Assembly (NCBI GenBank): GCA_947095945.1
Contig: CAMUQM010000001.1
Span: 1 to 36,992, forward strand
DNA length: 36,992 nucleotides
Source: an uncultured Prevotella sp.
GTDB lineage: Bacteria > Bacteroidota > Bacteroidia > Bacteroidales > Bacteroidaceae
Reading direction: 5' to 3'
Under the pieces are notes generated by a model. That model was given only the letters and a program-made list of their open reading frames with translations, was not told the origin of the DNA and did no database searches. Every line of letters begins with the position of its first letter. The stretch's first letter is position 1. Made by a program: the position numbers and the translations under genes. Below, one piece after another: positions 27,928-36,992 of the stretch.

Positions 27928-28602
27928 TTACTCCATTGTTTCGACCGTTACGTTTTCAAATTCAGCCATAAAGTTGAGGAGGTGGTTTTTGTAACGTTTC
28001 CGTTTGAACTTCATTTCCATAGTCACAACATAGTAATAGCCTGAAGATGTGTCTTTGCGCTTCATCTCGTAGGAATCAATGATAATTTCTTTGTCACGTA
28101 ACCTTTGCAAAACAAGCTGAATATTTTCTTCTTTTGGTGTGCTGAAAGTAACAGTTATATTGCGTGCGCCAAAGTGTTGAAAGATGAAATAGAGTGCTTC
28201 CAGACATAGAAGAACGAGAACTGTTGCTGCAAAAGATAGCACATACATACCCGCACCTGCAGTCATACCGATAGCAGATGTAACCCATAGACCAGCTGCA
28301 GTAGTCAGTCCACGCACCACATGTTTTTGAAAAATAATAGTTCCTGCACCAATGAAACCGATACCCGTTACTACTTGTGAGGCAATACGGCTGGGGTCAA
28401 GTGATACCTGCTCGTAATTTCCGAGCACACCATCAAAGCCGAACTGTGATAGAATCATAAAGAGACCGCTACCTAATGCCACGAGGAAGTGTGTTCGGAA
28501 ACCTGCTTCCTTAGCACGGTATTCACGTTCCAGACCAATCATACCACCAAGTATTGCAGCAACAAAAAGTCTCAATACAAATTCGTATGTTATCATGTTC
28601 AT
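27928..28602 (-). CDS. MgtC/SapB family membrane protein
   Basis: IGLERE, AGFRTH, DPSRIASQVVTGIGFIGAG, GLTTAA. Confidence 0.93.
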   Translation of the reverse strand: MNMITYEFVLRLFVAAILGGMIGLEREYRAKEAGFRTHFLVALGSGLFMILSQFGFDGVLGNYEQVSLDPSRIASQVVTGIGFIGAGTIIFQKHVVRGLTTAAGLWVTSAIGMTAGAGMYVLSFAATVLVLLCLEALYFIFQHFGARNITVTFSTPKEENIQLVLQRLRDKEIIIDSYEMKRKDTSSGYYYVVTMEMKFKRKRYKNHLLNFMAEFENVTVETME

Positions 28603-28767
28603 GTTGTTTCCTTATTAATTTATTAATAGATTACAATCGCAAAAATACAAAAAACTTCACTTATCTTCCCTTTTTCTCCCATAAAAATATCTTTTTCGTG
28701 AATGAAATTAGCTGTTTCTTAGAAATTGATTTGTAACTTTGTGAGCATAAACGTTAAAGTCAAGATT

Positions 28768-29325
28768 ATGACAGAGAAGGAAAAACAGCAGAAAGGGATG
28801 CTTTATCAGGCAAATGACCCAGAGGTTTTGAAAGATCTATACTACTGTGAGAATGAATGTTATGAAATCAATCAGATTCCACCATCACGTAGGGAAGAAC
28901 GTATGGAGCGGCTGAGAAACTTGTTTGGTAAGGCTGGTGATGGAATGTTTATTGTTGCTCCTTTCTTTTGTGACTATGGTTATAATATTGAAGTGGGTGA
29001 GAACTTCTTTGCCAACACTAATTGTGTGATTCTTGATGAGGCTAAGGTGACATTCGGTGATAATGTTTTTATTGCACCTAATTGCTCTTTCTATACTGCT
29101 GGTCATCCACTTGATATCGAGCAACGTAATAAGAAAATTGAATATGCGTTGCCTATTCATGTGGGAAATAATGTGTGGATTGGTGGTAATGTTGTCGTTG
29201 TGCCGGGTGTGACAATTGGTGATAATACTACGATAGGTGCAGGTTCTGTCGTGACACATGATATTCCATGTGGTGTTTTGGCTGCTGGTAATCCCTGTAA
29301 AGTAATTCGGAAATTGGAAGAGTAG
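28768..29325 (+). CDS. Sugar (maltose/galactoside) O-acetyltransferase
   Basis: PFFCDYGYNI, hexapeptide repeats, YTAGHP, GNNVWIGG, AGNPCKVI; -7 motif at 28734-28741 supports ATG 28768. Confidence 0.92.
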   Translation: MTEKEKQQKGMLYQANDPEVLKDLYYCENECYEINQIPPSRREERMERLRNLFGKAGDGMFIVAPFFCDYGYNIEVGENFFANTNCVILDEAKVTFGDNVFIAPNCSFYTAGHPLDIEQRNKKIEYALPIHVGNNVWIGGNVVVVPGVTIGDNTTIGAGSVVTHDIPCGVLAAGNPCKVIRKLEE

Positions 29326-29364
29326 AGAGATGATTTTTAAGAGCAAGTGTATAATGATGATGAT

Positions 29365-30294
29365 ATGAAAGAATTTTATAGTACTTATGTCATTAAGGTT
29401 TTGTTGCTTTCATTGCTACTCTTTATGGCGATAGCCTCGGTGGCACAGAACCGTCTTTCCCCTTGTAGTAAGCAGGATTATGAACTCTATGCGCCTGTAC
29501 TTAAGGAGTTGTATAATCCCCTCGCCTCACAACAGTATATTGTTGTAGACGGGGAGTCTGAGAAGTACGCCTTGCAAGTAATCAAGGGTTCGCTCTTCTC
29601 AGAACGAACATATATACTTGCTTACAAGGACTTAAAAGGCAATAAGAAAGAAATCACTGATAGTCTTTGTCAAATGAAAATAGCATCATTGCTGCGTTAT
29701 GCTGTGTTTTCTTCTACAACCTTTGTACGTAAGAAGCTTGGTATTCAACTGAAGACTTGTTTTTTCTTTGACTTGCAAGATGGGGCTGAATACTCTTCAC
29801 GTAAGGTGGATGTTGGGCGAGGAAGTCTGATTGATATTTTAGAAATATCATGTAATGCTGTGAAGAATAATAAGCCAGAAGTTATTCAACAGCTCATCCC
29901 TCAAATTGATTCTTTGACACAACACTTTAAGTCATTTGAATTAGCGGAGAGTTGGAATGTCGCTACGTCAGAGAATTATACGTATAGTTTTCCATGTACG
30001 CAATTATATACACACTATGGTGGATTTAATATATGTTTCCAACGACCAGAGTTGACGTCAAGTGAACTCAGTAATAAATATGGGAACTTGACACAAACAG
30101 TTGCAAAGTGGTTGTTCCTAAATTCAAATATATTAGACTTCACGAGGAGTGTATATATCAATGTATGCTGTGATAAACCTGATAAGAACAAAAGATTTTC
30201 ATATAGTTATGGGCATTACTATATAAATGTAACAGAGGATGAACTGACGGAAGAAACTCTGATAGCTCTATTTAAGTTATATTTATTAAAATAG
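29365..30294 (+). CDS. Exported hypothetical protein
   Basis: Long ORF with hydrophobic signal (VLLLSLLLFMAIASVA-Q); start uncertain (29347 or 29365); no family recognised. Confidence 0.75.
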   Translation: MKEFYSTYVIKVLLLSLLLFMAIASVAQNRLSPCSKQDYELYAPVLKELYNPLASQQYIVVDGESEKYALQVIKGSLFSERTYILAYKDLKGNKKEITDSLCQMKIASLLRYAVFSSTTFVRKKLGIQLKTCFFFDLQDGAEYSSRKVDVGRGSLIDILEISCNAVKNNKPEVIQQLIPQIDSLTQHFKSFELAESWNVATSENYTYSFPCTQLYTHYGGFNICFQRPELTSSELSNKYGNLTQTVAKWLFLNSNILDFTRSVYINVCCDKPDKNKRFSYSYGHYYINVTEDELTEETLIALFKLYLLK

Positions 30295-30563
30295 CTCCAT
30301 ATGGTTGTGAAAAGCATCTTTGTCTATTAATTAATGTATAATCTTGATAGTAGTAGAATCAGCTTCTTTTTATTCGGTTGATCTTCCTTTGTTGAATAGC
30401 ATGTTATCCATGTGCCTGAGAGAGTCGCTGTCAGGTGTTGTTTAATGCAGAAAATTGCAAAAGAATGTGTGATTAGTATTTGTTTTTTTTACAATAAACT
30501 AAATAAAACATGTGTTTAACTTTTTTTACCATTACTATTGTAGGGTGGACGTTTAAAATGCTT

Positions 30564-30571
30564 TAACTTTG
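30564..30571 (+). promoter_or_regulatory. -7 promoter element for susC-susD
   Basis: TAACTTTG about 47 nt before ATG 30619. Confidence 0.65.
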
Positions 30572-30618
30572 CGATAAATAAACCTAAAATATTTTTAACC
30601 TAAGTATATTAAAAGCCT

Positions 30619-33600
30619 ATGTACCTAAAAAGAAAAAGGACTACGAGCTTGTTAATGGTGGCTTTGTTCAGTACGAGTTTACTGCATGCTAACATTACTT
30701 ATGAAGCTAATGCAGCTGTTGTTCAACAGCAGTCTGTATGTAAGGGAACAGTTGTCGACAATAATGGAGAGCCAGTCGTTGGTGCCTCTGTTTTTGTCGT
30801 AAGTAATGGACAGAAAAAGGGAAGTGTAACTGACCTTGATGGTAAGTTTGAGATTGCAGGTGTTGCTTCTGGCTCTTCACTTACCATATCTTATGTTGGT
30901 TATAAGACCCAGCAGGTGACCTGGAGTGGTAAGGACCTAAAGGTAACACTACAAGAGAGCAGTGAGATGCTCGACAATGTTGTTGTTGTCGGTTACGGTA
31001 CTCAGAAGAAGGTCAACCTTACGGGTGCTGTTTCTGTTGTGTCTTCAAAGGCATTGGAGTCACGTCCAGTAACAAGTGTTGCTCAGGCATTGCAGGGTGA
31101 GGTTCCCGGTTTGAACTTCAGCGTTGGCAATGCGGGTGGTTCGCTCAACAGCCGTATGAGCATGAACATCCGTGGTATCGGTACCATCGGTGAAGGTTCA
31201 AACGCTGCTCCTCTCGTTCTTATCGATGGTTCTGAGGGTGATTTGTATTCAATTTCTCCGAACGATATTGAGAGTATCTCTGTATTGAAGGATGCTTCTT
31301 CAAGTGCTATCTACGGTTCACGTGCAGCCTTCGGTGTAATCCTCGTTACCACAAAGAGTGGTAAGGATTCACGTATGAACGTGTCTTATAATGGTAATGT
31401 ACGTTTCTCAACAGCTACTCAGATTCCAGAGATGCCAAACTCATACGACTTTGCACGTTACTGGAACGATGCTGCTGCCAACAGTGGTGCACCTGCTCCT
31501 TTCAGTCAGGCAATTCTGGAGAAAATCAAGAACCATATAAACGGTACTCCGAAACCTGGTGATGAGGTGACAACTACATGGGCTGGTTATGATGCTAATG
31601 AGCCTTGGAGTATGTACACAGGGTCTTGGGACAATACCGACTGGTTCAAGGAGATGTATAAATCAAATGTTCCTTCCACCGAGCATAATGTTGCCCTCAG
31701 TGGTGGCGGTGGCAAGGTGAACTATTACCTTAGCGGTGCTGTCCTCAACCAGCGTGGTCTTATCCGTCATGGAAAGGACGAACTCACACGTTACAACTTC
31801 TCTGGTAAGATTACTGCCAACCTGAAGGATTGGTTCACAGTTACCTATAATACGAAGTGGGTACGTGAGGACTACAGCCGTCCTTCTTATATGACAGGAC
31901 TTTTCTTCCATAATATTGCTCGTCGTTGGCCAACTAACCCTGTTTACGATCCAAACGGACATTATGTTCATGGTAATGAGATTCTTCAGATGGAGAACGG
32001 TGGACTTGATGCCACACAACAAGACAAGCTCTATCAGCAGTTAGCTCTCGAATTCCGTCCACTCAAGGGTTGGAAGATTCGTTTGGAGGGTAACTATAAT
32101 ACCGTTCACTACTACAACCATTGGGATGTATTGCCAATCTATTATTATGACCCAGATCAAAAATTAATACCTGCGGCATGGAGCGGTGGCTATGCAGCTG
32201 GTAAGTCTGATGTTGGTGATAGTATGTCAAGAAACAACTATTATAATGGTCGTTTCTTCACAGAGTATATGTTCACATTGAACGATAAGCATGACTTTAA
32301 GTTCTTGGCTGGTCTGGATATGGAATCTAACCGTTATACCTCTCTTGGTGCAGCACGTGCAGACTTGATATCCCCATTAGTTCCATCACTCAACAATGCT
32401 ACTCATAAGGATGTGAGACCAAGTTTCTCAAATACTCAGTGGGCAACGATGGGTGTATTCGGTCGTATCAATTACGCATACGATTCACGTTACCTTGCAG
32501 AGTTCTCTATCCGTCGTGATGGTTCTTCACGCTTTATTGGTGATAAGACATGGAGTACATTCCCATCATTCGCATTGGGTTGGAATATTGCTAATGAGCA
32601 GTTCTTCAAGCCATTGACAAAGACTGTTAATACACTTAAACTTCGTGCTACCTATGGTGCCTTGGGTAACACTAATATTAAAGCACTCTATCCTTGGTTC
32701 TTGAGTCAGCCAGCAAACGCATCTGCATCTTCATGGCTTGTTAATGGGCAGCGTGTGAATATCTCTAATGCTCCAGGTTTGGTATCAGCTTCTCTTACAT
32801 GGGAGAGTGTTCGCTCATGGAATATTGGTCTTGACTTTGGTATGTTCAACAATAGATTGCAAGGAACTTTCGACTACTATGTCCGTACAACAAAGGATAT
32901 GGTTGGTCCTGCACCAGCTCATCCTTCTATTCTGGGTGTAGAGCTACCAAAAGAGAATAATAGCGATATGCGTTCTAATGGTTGGGATTTGGAAGTTAGA
33001 TGGCGTGATAGAATTGGTCAGGTTGGCTACGGCATCAAGCTCGTTCTCTCTGATGACTACCAAACTATTACTCGATTCCATAATCCGAATCGTCTGCTTT
33101 CAAAGTGGTGCGAAGGAAAGCGCATGGGTGATATCTACGGATACTTAGTAGAGGGTATTGCACAGACAAATGAACAGATGAACGAATGGTTGACAAATAA
33201 TAAGCCATCATGGGGTTCTAACTGGGCAGCTGGTGACGTTATGTATAAGGATTTGAATGGTGATAAGAAGGTTAATAGTGGTAAGGGTACTTATGACGAT
33301 ATGGGTGACTTGACCAAGATTGGTAACTCTTTGCCACGTTATCGTTTCGGTATTACTTTGGATGCTAATTGGAATGGATTTGACTTCCTTATCTTTATGC
33401 AGGGTGTTGGTAAGCGTGACTTCTGGGATGATTCTCCTTACAGCGTAGGTGCAAATACTGGTATGTGGCAGGCTGCTGCTTTCAAGGATCACTTAGATTA
33501 CTGGCGTCCAGCAACAGACACCAACTTAGGTCCTAACCCTAACGGCTTCTACCCACGTCCTCTCTTTGGTCAGGGTTCTAAAAACTTCCAGACAAGTGAC

Positions 33601-33846
33601 CGCTACTTGCAGAATGCAGCTTACATGAGAATCAAGAATATCCAGCTTGGTTATACACTTCCTACTGCTATCGCAAGCAAGATTGGTGCAAATCGCATTC
33701 GTTTCTACTTCTCTGCTGAGAATCTCGCAACATTCACAAAGATGAACAAGATCTTTGACCCAGAGGCTACTGGTGGAGATTGGGGACCAGGTAAAATCTA
33801 TCCACTCCAGAGAACAGTTTCTTTCGGTTTAAATCTTAATTTTTAA
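30619..33846 (+). CDS. SusC/RagA family TonB-dependent transporter
   Basis: N-terminal extension, VVVVGYGTQKK, DIESISVLKDASSSAIYGSRAAFGVILVTTK plug motif, terminal FGLNLNF. Confidence 0.97.
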   Translation: MYLKRKRTTSLLMVALFSTSLLHANITYEANAAVVQQQSVCKGTVVDNNGEPVVGASVFVVSNGQKKGSVTDLDGKFEIAGVASGSSLTISYVGYKTQQVTWSGKDLKVTLQESSEMLDNVVVVGYGTQKKVNLTGAVSVVSSKALESRPVTSVAQALQGEVPGLNFSVGNAGGSLNSRMSMNIRGIGTIGEGSNAAPLVLIDGSEGDLYSISPNDIESISVLKDASSSAIYGSRAAFGVILVTTKSGKDSRMNVSYNGNVRFSTATQIPEMPNSYDFARYWNDAAANSGAPAPFSQAILEKIKNHINGTPKPGDEVTTTWAGYDANEPWSMYTGSWDNTDWFKEMYKSNVPSTEHNVALSGGGGKVNYYLSGAVLNQRGLIRHGKDELTRYNFSGKITANLKDWFTVTYNTKWVREDYSRPSYMTGLFFHNIARRWPTNPVYDPNGHYVHGNEILQMENGGLDATQQDKLYQQLALEFRPLKGWKIRLEGNYNTVHYYNHWDVLPIYYYDPDQKLIPAAWSGGYAAGKSDVGDSMSRNNYYNGRFFTEYMFTLNDKHDFKFLAGLDMESNRYTSLGAARADLISPLVPSLNNATHKDVRPSFSNTQWATMGVFGRINYAYDSRYLAEFSIRRDGSSRFIGDKTWSTFPSFALGWNIANEQFFKPLTKTVNTLKLRATYGALGNTNIKALYPWFLSQPANASASSWLVNGQRVNISNAPGLVSASLTWESVRSWNIGLDFGMFNNRLQGTFDYYVRTTKDMVGPAPAHPSILGVELPKENNSDMRSNGWDLEVRWRDRIGQVGYGIKLVLSDDYQTITRFHNPNRLLSKWCEGKRMGDIYGYLVEGIAQTNEQMNEWLTNNKPSWGSNWAAGDVMYKDLNGDKKVNSGKGTYDDMGDLTKIGNSLPRYRFGITLDANWNGFDFLIFMQGVGKRDFWDDSPYSVGANTGMWQAAAFKDHLDYWRPATDTNLGPNPNGFYPRPLFGQGSKNFQTSDRYLQNAAYMRIKNIQLGYTLPTAIASKIGANRIRFYFSAENLATFTKMNKIFDPEATGGDWGPGKIYPLQRTVSFGLNLNF

Positions 33847-33858
33847 TTCGTAGCAATT

Positions 33859-35922
33859 ATGAAACATATTATATCAAATATATTGAAGGGAGGATTGCCT
33901 ATTCTTTGCTTAGGCATGACGGTTACGTCATGTAACGATTTCCTTGACAGACCACCACTTGATCAAGTACCTCCCACTTCTTATTATCTGACAGCAGATC
34001 AGTTAGGTACATTCCCTATCAACTACTATACAACTATCTTCCGTAACAATAGTGGATGGTGGGCAGGTGTAGCAACATTTGATGATGGAACAGACAATCA
34101 GGCTGCAAGAGGTGGTAACACAGCAATGTTCTTACAGGATCAGTGGAAGGTTCCTACATCTGGCGGTATTGGTATGAACAACATTCGTAACGTCAATAAG
34201 TTTATTAATGAGAACGAACCAAAGATTGCTGAAGGCAAGGTGTCTGGTGATGCGAATCTTATCAACCAGTATATGGGTGAGGCATATTTCATCAGAGCAA
34301 TGCTCTACTATGGTAAGCTCCAAACTTATGGTGATTTTCCTATCCAGTTGACAGAACTAAAGCCTGAAGATGACCTTGTTTCGCCAAATAAGCGTCAACC
34401 TCGTAATCTCGTTGCGCGTCAAATTCTTTCTGATATGGATAAGGCGATTGATAAGTTGCAGGTGAATTTTGCGAATAAGGTACGTATTAATAAGTATGCA
34501 GCTTTGGCAATGAAGTCAAGAATCGCGCTTTATGAGGCAACCTTTGAGAAGTATCACAGAGGTTCTGGTCGTGTGCCGGGTGATGCTAACTGGCCGGGCA
34601 AGAACAAGGAGTGGAACAAGAACTTTACTATCAATCAGGATGATGAGGTGAACTATTTCCTTGATCAGGCTATTGATGCTGCCAAGAAAGTTTGCGATGC
34701 AGTTCCATTGAAAACTAAGAACAGTCATGTAATGAATCCAAGTATCGTTGGACTGTACAATGGATGGAATGCATACTACGATATGTTTGCCAGCCCAGAC
34801 CTGTCTAAGTATCCGGAGGTGTTGTTGTGGCGTCAGTTCAATTCAGATATTAACGTGGCTCACCTCACATCAAACAAACTTCGTGGCGGTGCTGCAACAG
34901 GTTGGACACGCGGTCTCGTTGAGTCATTCCTTATGAAGAACGGTCTGCCAATCTATGCTGCCAGCTCTGGTTATAATGGTGACACCACCATTGATATGGT
35001 TAAGAAAGATCGTGACGAGCGTCTGCAACTCTTCCTCTTTGGTGAGTCTGATATACTCGGTATTGACCAAAAGAGCATTGACCTCGTGAACGAGAAGCGT
35101 CCTGCCGGTACTGCACCTATTGACAAAATCAAGTTCAATGTTGCTGGTCTCTTTGCAACTGATCAGGCATGTAGGGATGTCACCGGCTATCGTCAGCGTA
35201 AGTTCTATAACTATGATCCTGCAATGCAGTTAGGTCAGACCTTCTCAGATGTTGACGGTCAGATTATCATCCGTGTAGAGGAAGCTATGCTCAATTACAT
35301 CGAGGCTTCTTATCTCCGTAAAGGTTCATTAGATGCAACTGCAACAGGTTATTGGACAGCTTTGCGTGAACGTGCTGGTATTACTGCTCCTATCTCAACA
35401 ACTATTGCTGCAACTGATATGACCAAGGAGGCTGATGTTAATCGTCCTTCTTACGACTGGGCAGCATTCTCTGCGGGTAAGCCTGTTGATGCTACGCTCT
35501 ATTCTATCCGTCGTGAACGTCGTAGCGAGTTTGCTGGTGAAGGTCTTCGTAATGATGACTTGATTCGTTGGGCATCTTTGGATCAGGTGAAGAACTATCA
35601 GGTTGAGGGTATCAACTTCTGGGATCAGACCTATCAGAATGCTTCTTTCGTAAATGATAAGGGTGTGAGTCTGATTATTGCTGATGGTAGTGCTAAGGCT
35701 ACAATGTCAGCTAAGGAGCTTACAAAGTATATCCGTCCTTACCAGATTCAGAAGACTAACAACATTCTCTATAATGGTTATACCTTCTATCAGGCTCACT
35801 ACCTCTATCCATTCTCTTATCAGGAGATGCAGCTCTGTTCACCAGATGGCACAGCAGAGAACTCTAACTTGTACCAGAATATCTACTGGCCAGTTGAGGC
35901 AAATGGTGAAGCTATCAAGTAA
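33859..35922 (+). CDS. SusD/RagB family surface lipoprotein
   Basis: Lipobox VTS-C followed by NDFLD; GEAYFIRA, IRRERRSEFAGEGLR, QNIYW. Confidence 0.96.
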   Translation: MKHIISNILKGGLPILCLGMTVTSCNDFLDRPPLDQVPPTSYYLTADQLGTFPINYYTTIFRNNSGWWAGVATFDDGTDNQAARGGNTAMFLQDQWKVPTSGGIGMNNIRNVNKFINENEPKIAEGKVSGDANLINQYMGEAYFIRAMLYYGKLQTYGDFPIQLTELKPEDDLVSPNKRQPRNLVARQILSDMDKAIDKLQVNFANKVRINKYAALAMKSRIALYEATFEKYHRGSGRVPGDANWPGKNKEWNKNFTINQDDEVNYFLDQAIDAAKKVCDAVPLKTKNSHVMNPSIVGLYNGWNAYYDMFASPDLSKYPEVLLWRQFNSDINVAHLTSNKLRGGAATGWTRGLVESFLMKNGLPIYAASSGYNGDTTIDMVKKDRDERLQLFLFGESDILGIDQKSIDLVNEKRPAGTAPIDKIKFNVAGLFATDQACRDVTGYRQRKFYNYDPAMQLGQTFSDVDGQIIIRVEEAMLNYIEASYLRKGSLDATATGYWTALRERAGITAPISTTIAATDMTKEADVNRPSYDWAAFSAGKPVDATLYSIRRERRSEFAGEGLRNDDLIRWASLDQVKNYQVEGINFWDQTYQNASFVNDKGVSLIIADGSAKATMSAKELTKYIRPYQIQKTNNILYNGYTFYQAHYLYPFSYQEMQLCSPDGTAENSNLYQNIYWPVEANGEAIK

Positions 35923-35967
35923 GTTTAGACTGAACGAAGTATAATCAATTAGATTATAAATAATGTC

Positions 35968-36002
35968 AGAGGGTGTATCAAGCGATTGATACACCCTCTT
36001 TT
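35968..36002 (+). terminator. Intrinsic terminator of susCD
   Basis: agagggtgtatcaa-gcga-ttgatacaccctct-ttt. Confidence 0.9.
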
Positions 36003-36022
36003 GGTAATATATTGCAAGGTGT

Positions 36023-36104
36023 TTAGCACTCAACACCATTGGTGCTTACCATTAACACCATTGGTGTTTACTACCAGCACGACATGTGTTGAGTAGCAAC
36101 ACAT
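36023..36104 (-). repeat. Interspersed modular palindrome element (family B), 3 modules, reverse orientation
   Basis: Reverse complement: atgtgtt-N7-aacacatgtcgtgct-N7-aacaccaatggtgtt-N7-agcaccaatggtgtt-gagtgctaa. Confidence 0.85.
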
Positions 36105-36246
36105 ATTTTATAAAGCTGCTTTGTAGGAAGTCTAAGTCTGTTGTTTGTAGTTGATTCTCTTGCATATGTGAGTACGAAAGGATATCTTTGCAATAGATTT
36201 TTCTTGTTATTTATAGGGTAGAGTTTTCTGCCATAATTAATTAACT

Positions 36247-36674
36247 ATGTTTGCATTTACTATCATTATACTAATTTGTATTCTTGCTCTTGGTATATCA
36301 CTATTAGTGAGTCATTGGAGTAATGGTGCGAAGAGTGGGGAAGCGGAGAGACACTTTACAAAAAGAACTGGCTCTCCTTTTTTTGGATATCCCTACGTGT
36401 GTTGTCGTTTGCTTTGGTTACTGCTTTTTTGTTTTTAATGTTACTTGCTTCGTTTGCAGGTGATGATGCAGGTGAATGTTGCTTTTGGATTATGATATTT
36501 GTTGTTGGAAGTTGGTTTATTTCAATACCTCTTATTATAATTTATATTTGCTCGCTGGTTCAAGCTATTCGAAATCGTGATTATACGAATAAAGTTTTTC
36601 TTGGCTTTCATTGTTTCAACGTCCTCCAGCTACTTTGTTTTGTGTTTTTTGGAGGTTTACCTATTTCTTCTTAA
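36247..36674 (+). pseudogene. Probable frameshifted membrane protein gene (two overlapping hydrophobic ORFs)
   Basis: The frame of the 36399 ORF is open back to 36324 and reads ETLYKKNWLSFFWISLRVLSF; promoter motif TATCTTTG at 36183-36190 precedes ATG 36247. Confidence 0.5.
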
Positions 36675-36992
36675 ATCCGATAGGCAATTCTTTAAATCAA
36701 TTTTCCTGTCACTGCTGTCATTCTTTGTGGAGAGGTAATAGGCTGTTATACAGTGAGTTCTCTTTAAATGTTAAAATGACAGCAACTTGAATATAAAGAT
36801 CTAAGATGGTAATGTGTAATAAATGGCTTCTAAGTTAAGTGGGGTTTAGCCGTTTTATTAATGAAAATGTTTTAGTTGTTCTCTTGTAATATTGTCAAAG
36901 TAGTGGGATGTAAAGATGCATACATGGTTTATAGTGCGTTGTTACTTATAGAGAAAGCCTTCATCCTTTTACAAAAGCTATAGCTCTGTAGA

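Noticed and set aside
345..36039. Numerous short ORFs nested in or antisense to the called genes
   Set aside because: Shadow frames of well-supported CDSs with no recognisable motifs.
36713..36784. 10-bp inverted repeat tgctgtcatt/aatgacagca
   Set aside because: Single copy, no target-site duplication or ORF; could be a decayed repeat but is unsupported here.

Overview
Ordinary-looking chromosomal segment of a Bacteroidota genome, most likely Prevotella (inferred from TAnnTTTG promoters, SusC/SusD, a T9SS-type cargo protein and a DAHPS-CM fusion). In order it holds: a 5'-truncated WecB-like gene; MATE transporter plus a metal-binding AraC regulator; copZ-copA; two exported proteins (one a degenerate GalM); a pheA-aminotransferase-DAHPS/CM-tyrA operon; an EEP nuclease; pncA, aroC, slyD; an S8 protease; flavodoxin-DUF2023; ugd, nitroreductase, glnA, GNAT, mgtC-like, maa-like; a stand-alone susC-susD pair; and a probable frameshifted membrane gene. 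No rRNA, tRNA, CRISPR array, transposase or integrase was seen. The most notable observations are: (1) an in-frame Cu(I) P1B ATPase whose whole nucleotide-binding (N) domain is replaced by a 19-aa linker; (2) an unannotated leader peptide with an FRYFYFYF tract and a terminator/antiterminator pair, i.e. a dual Phe/Tyr attenuator; (3) several unrelated intergenic repeat families all built on a 22-bp period (22, 22, 22, 44, possibly 66 bp); (4) two apparent pseudo-enzymes. All family assignments come from motif recognition by eye, not database searches.
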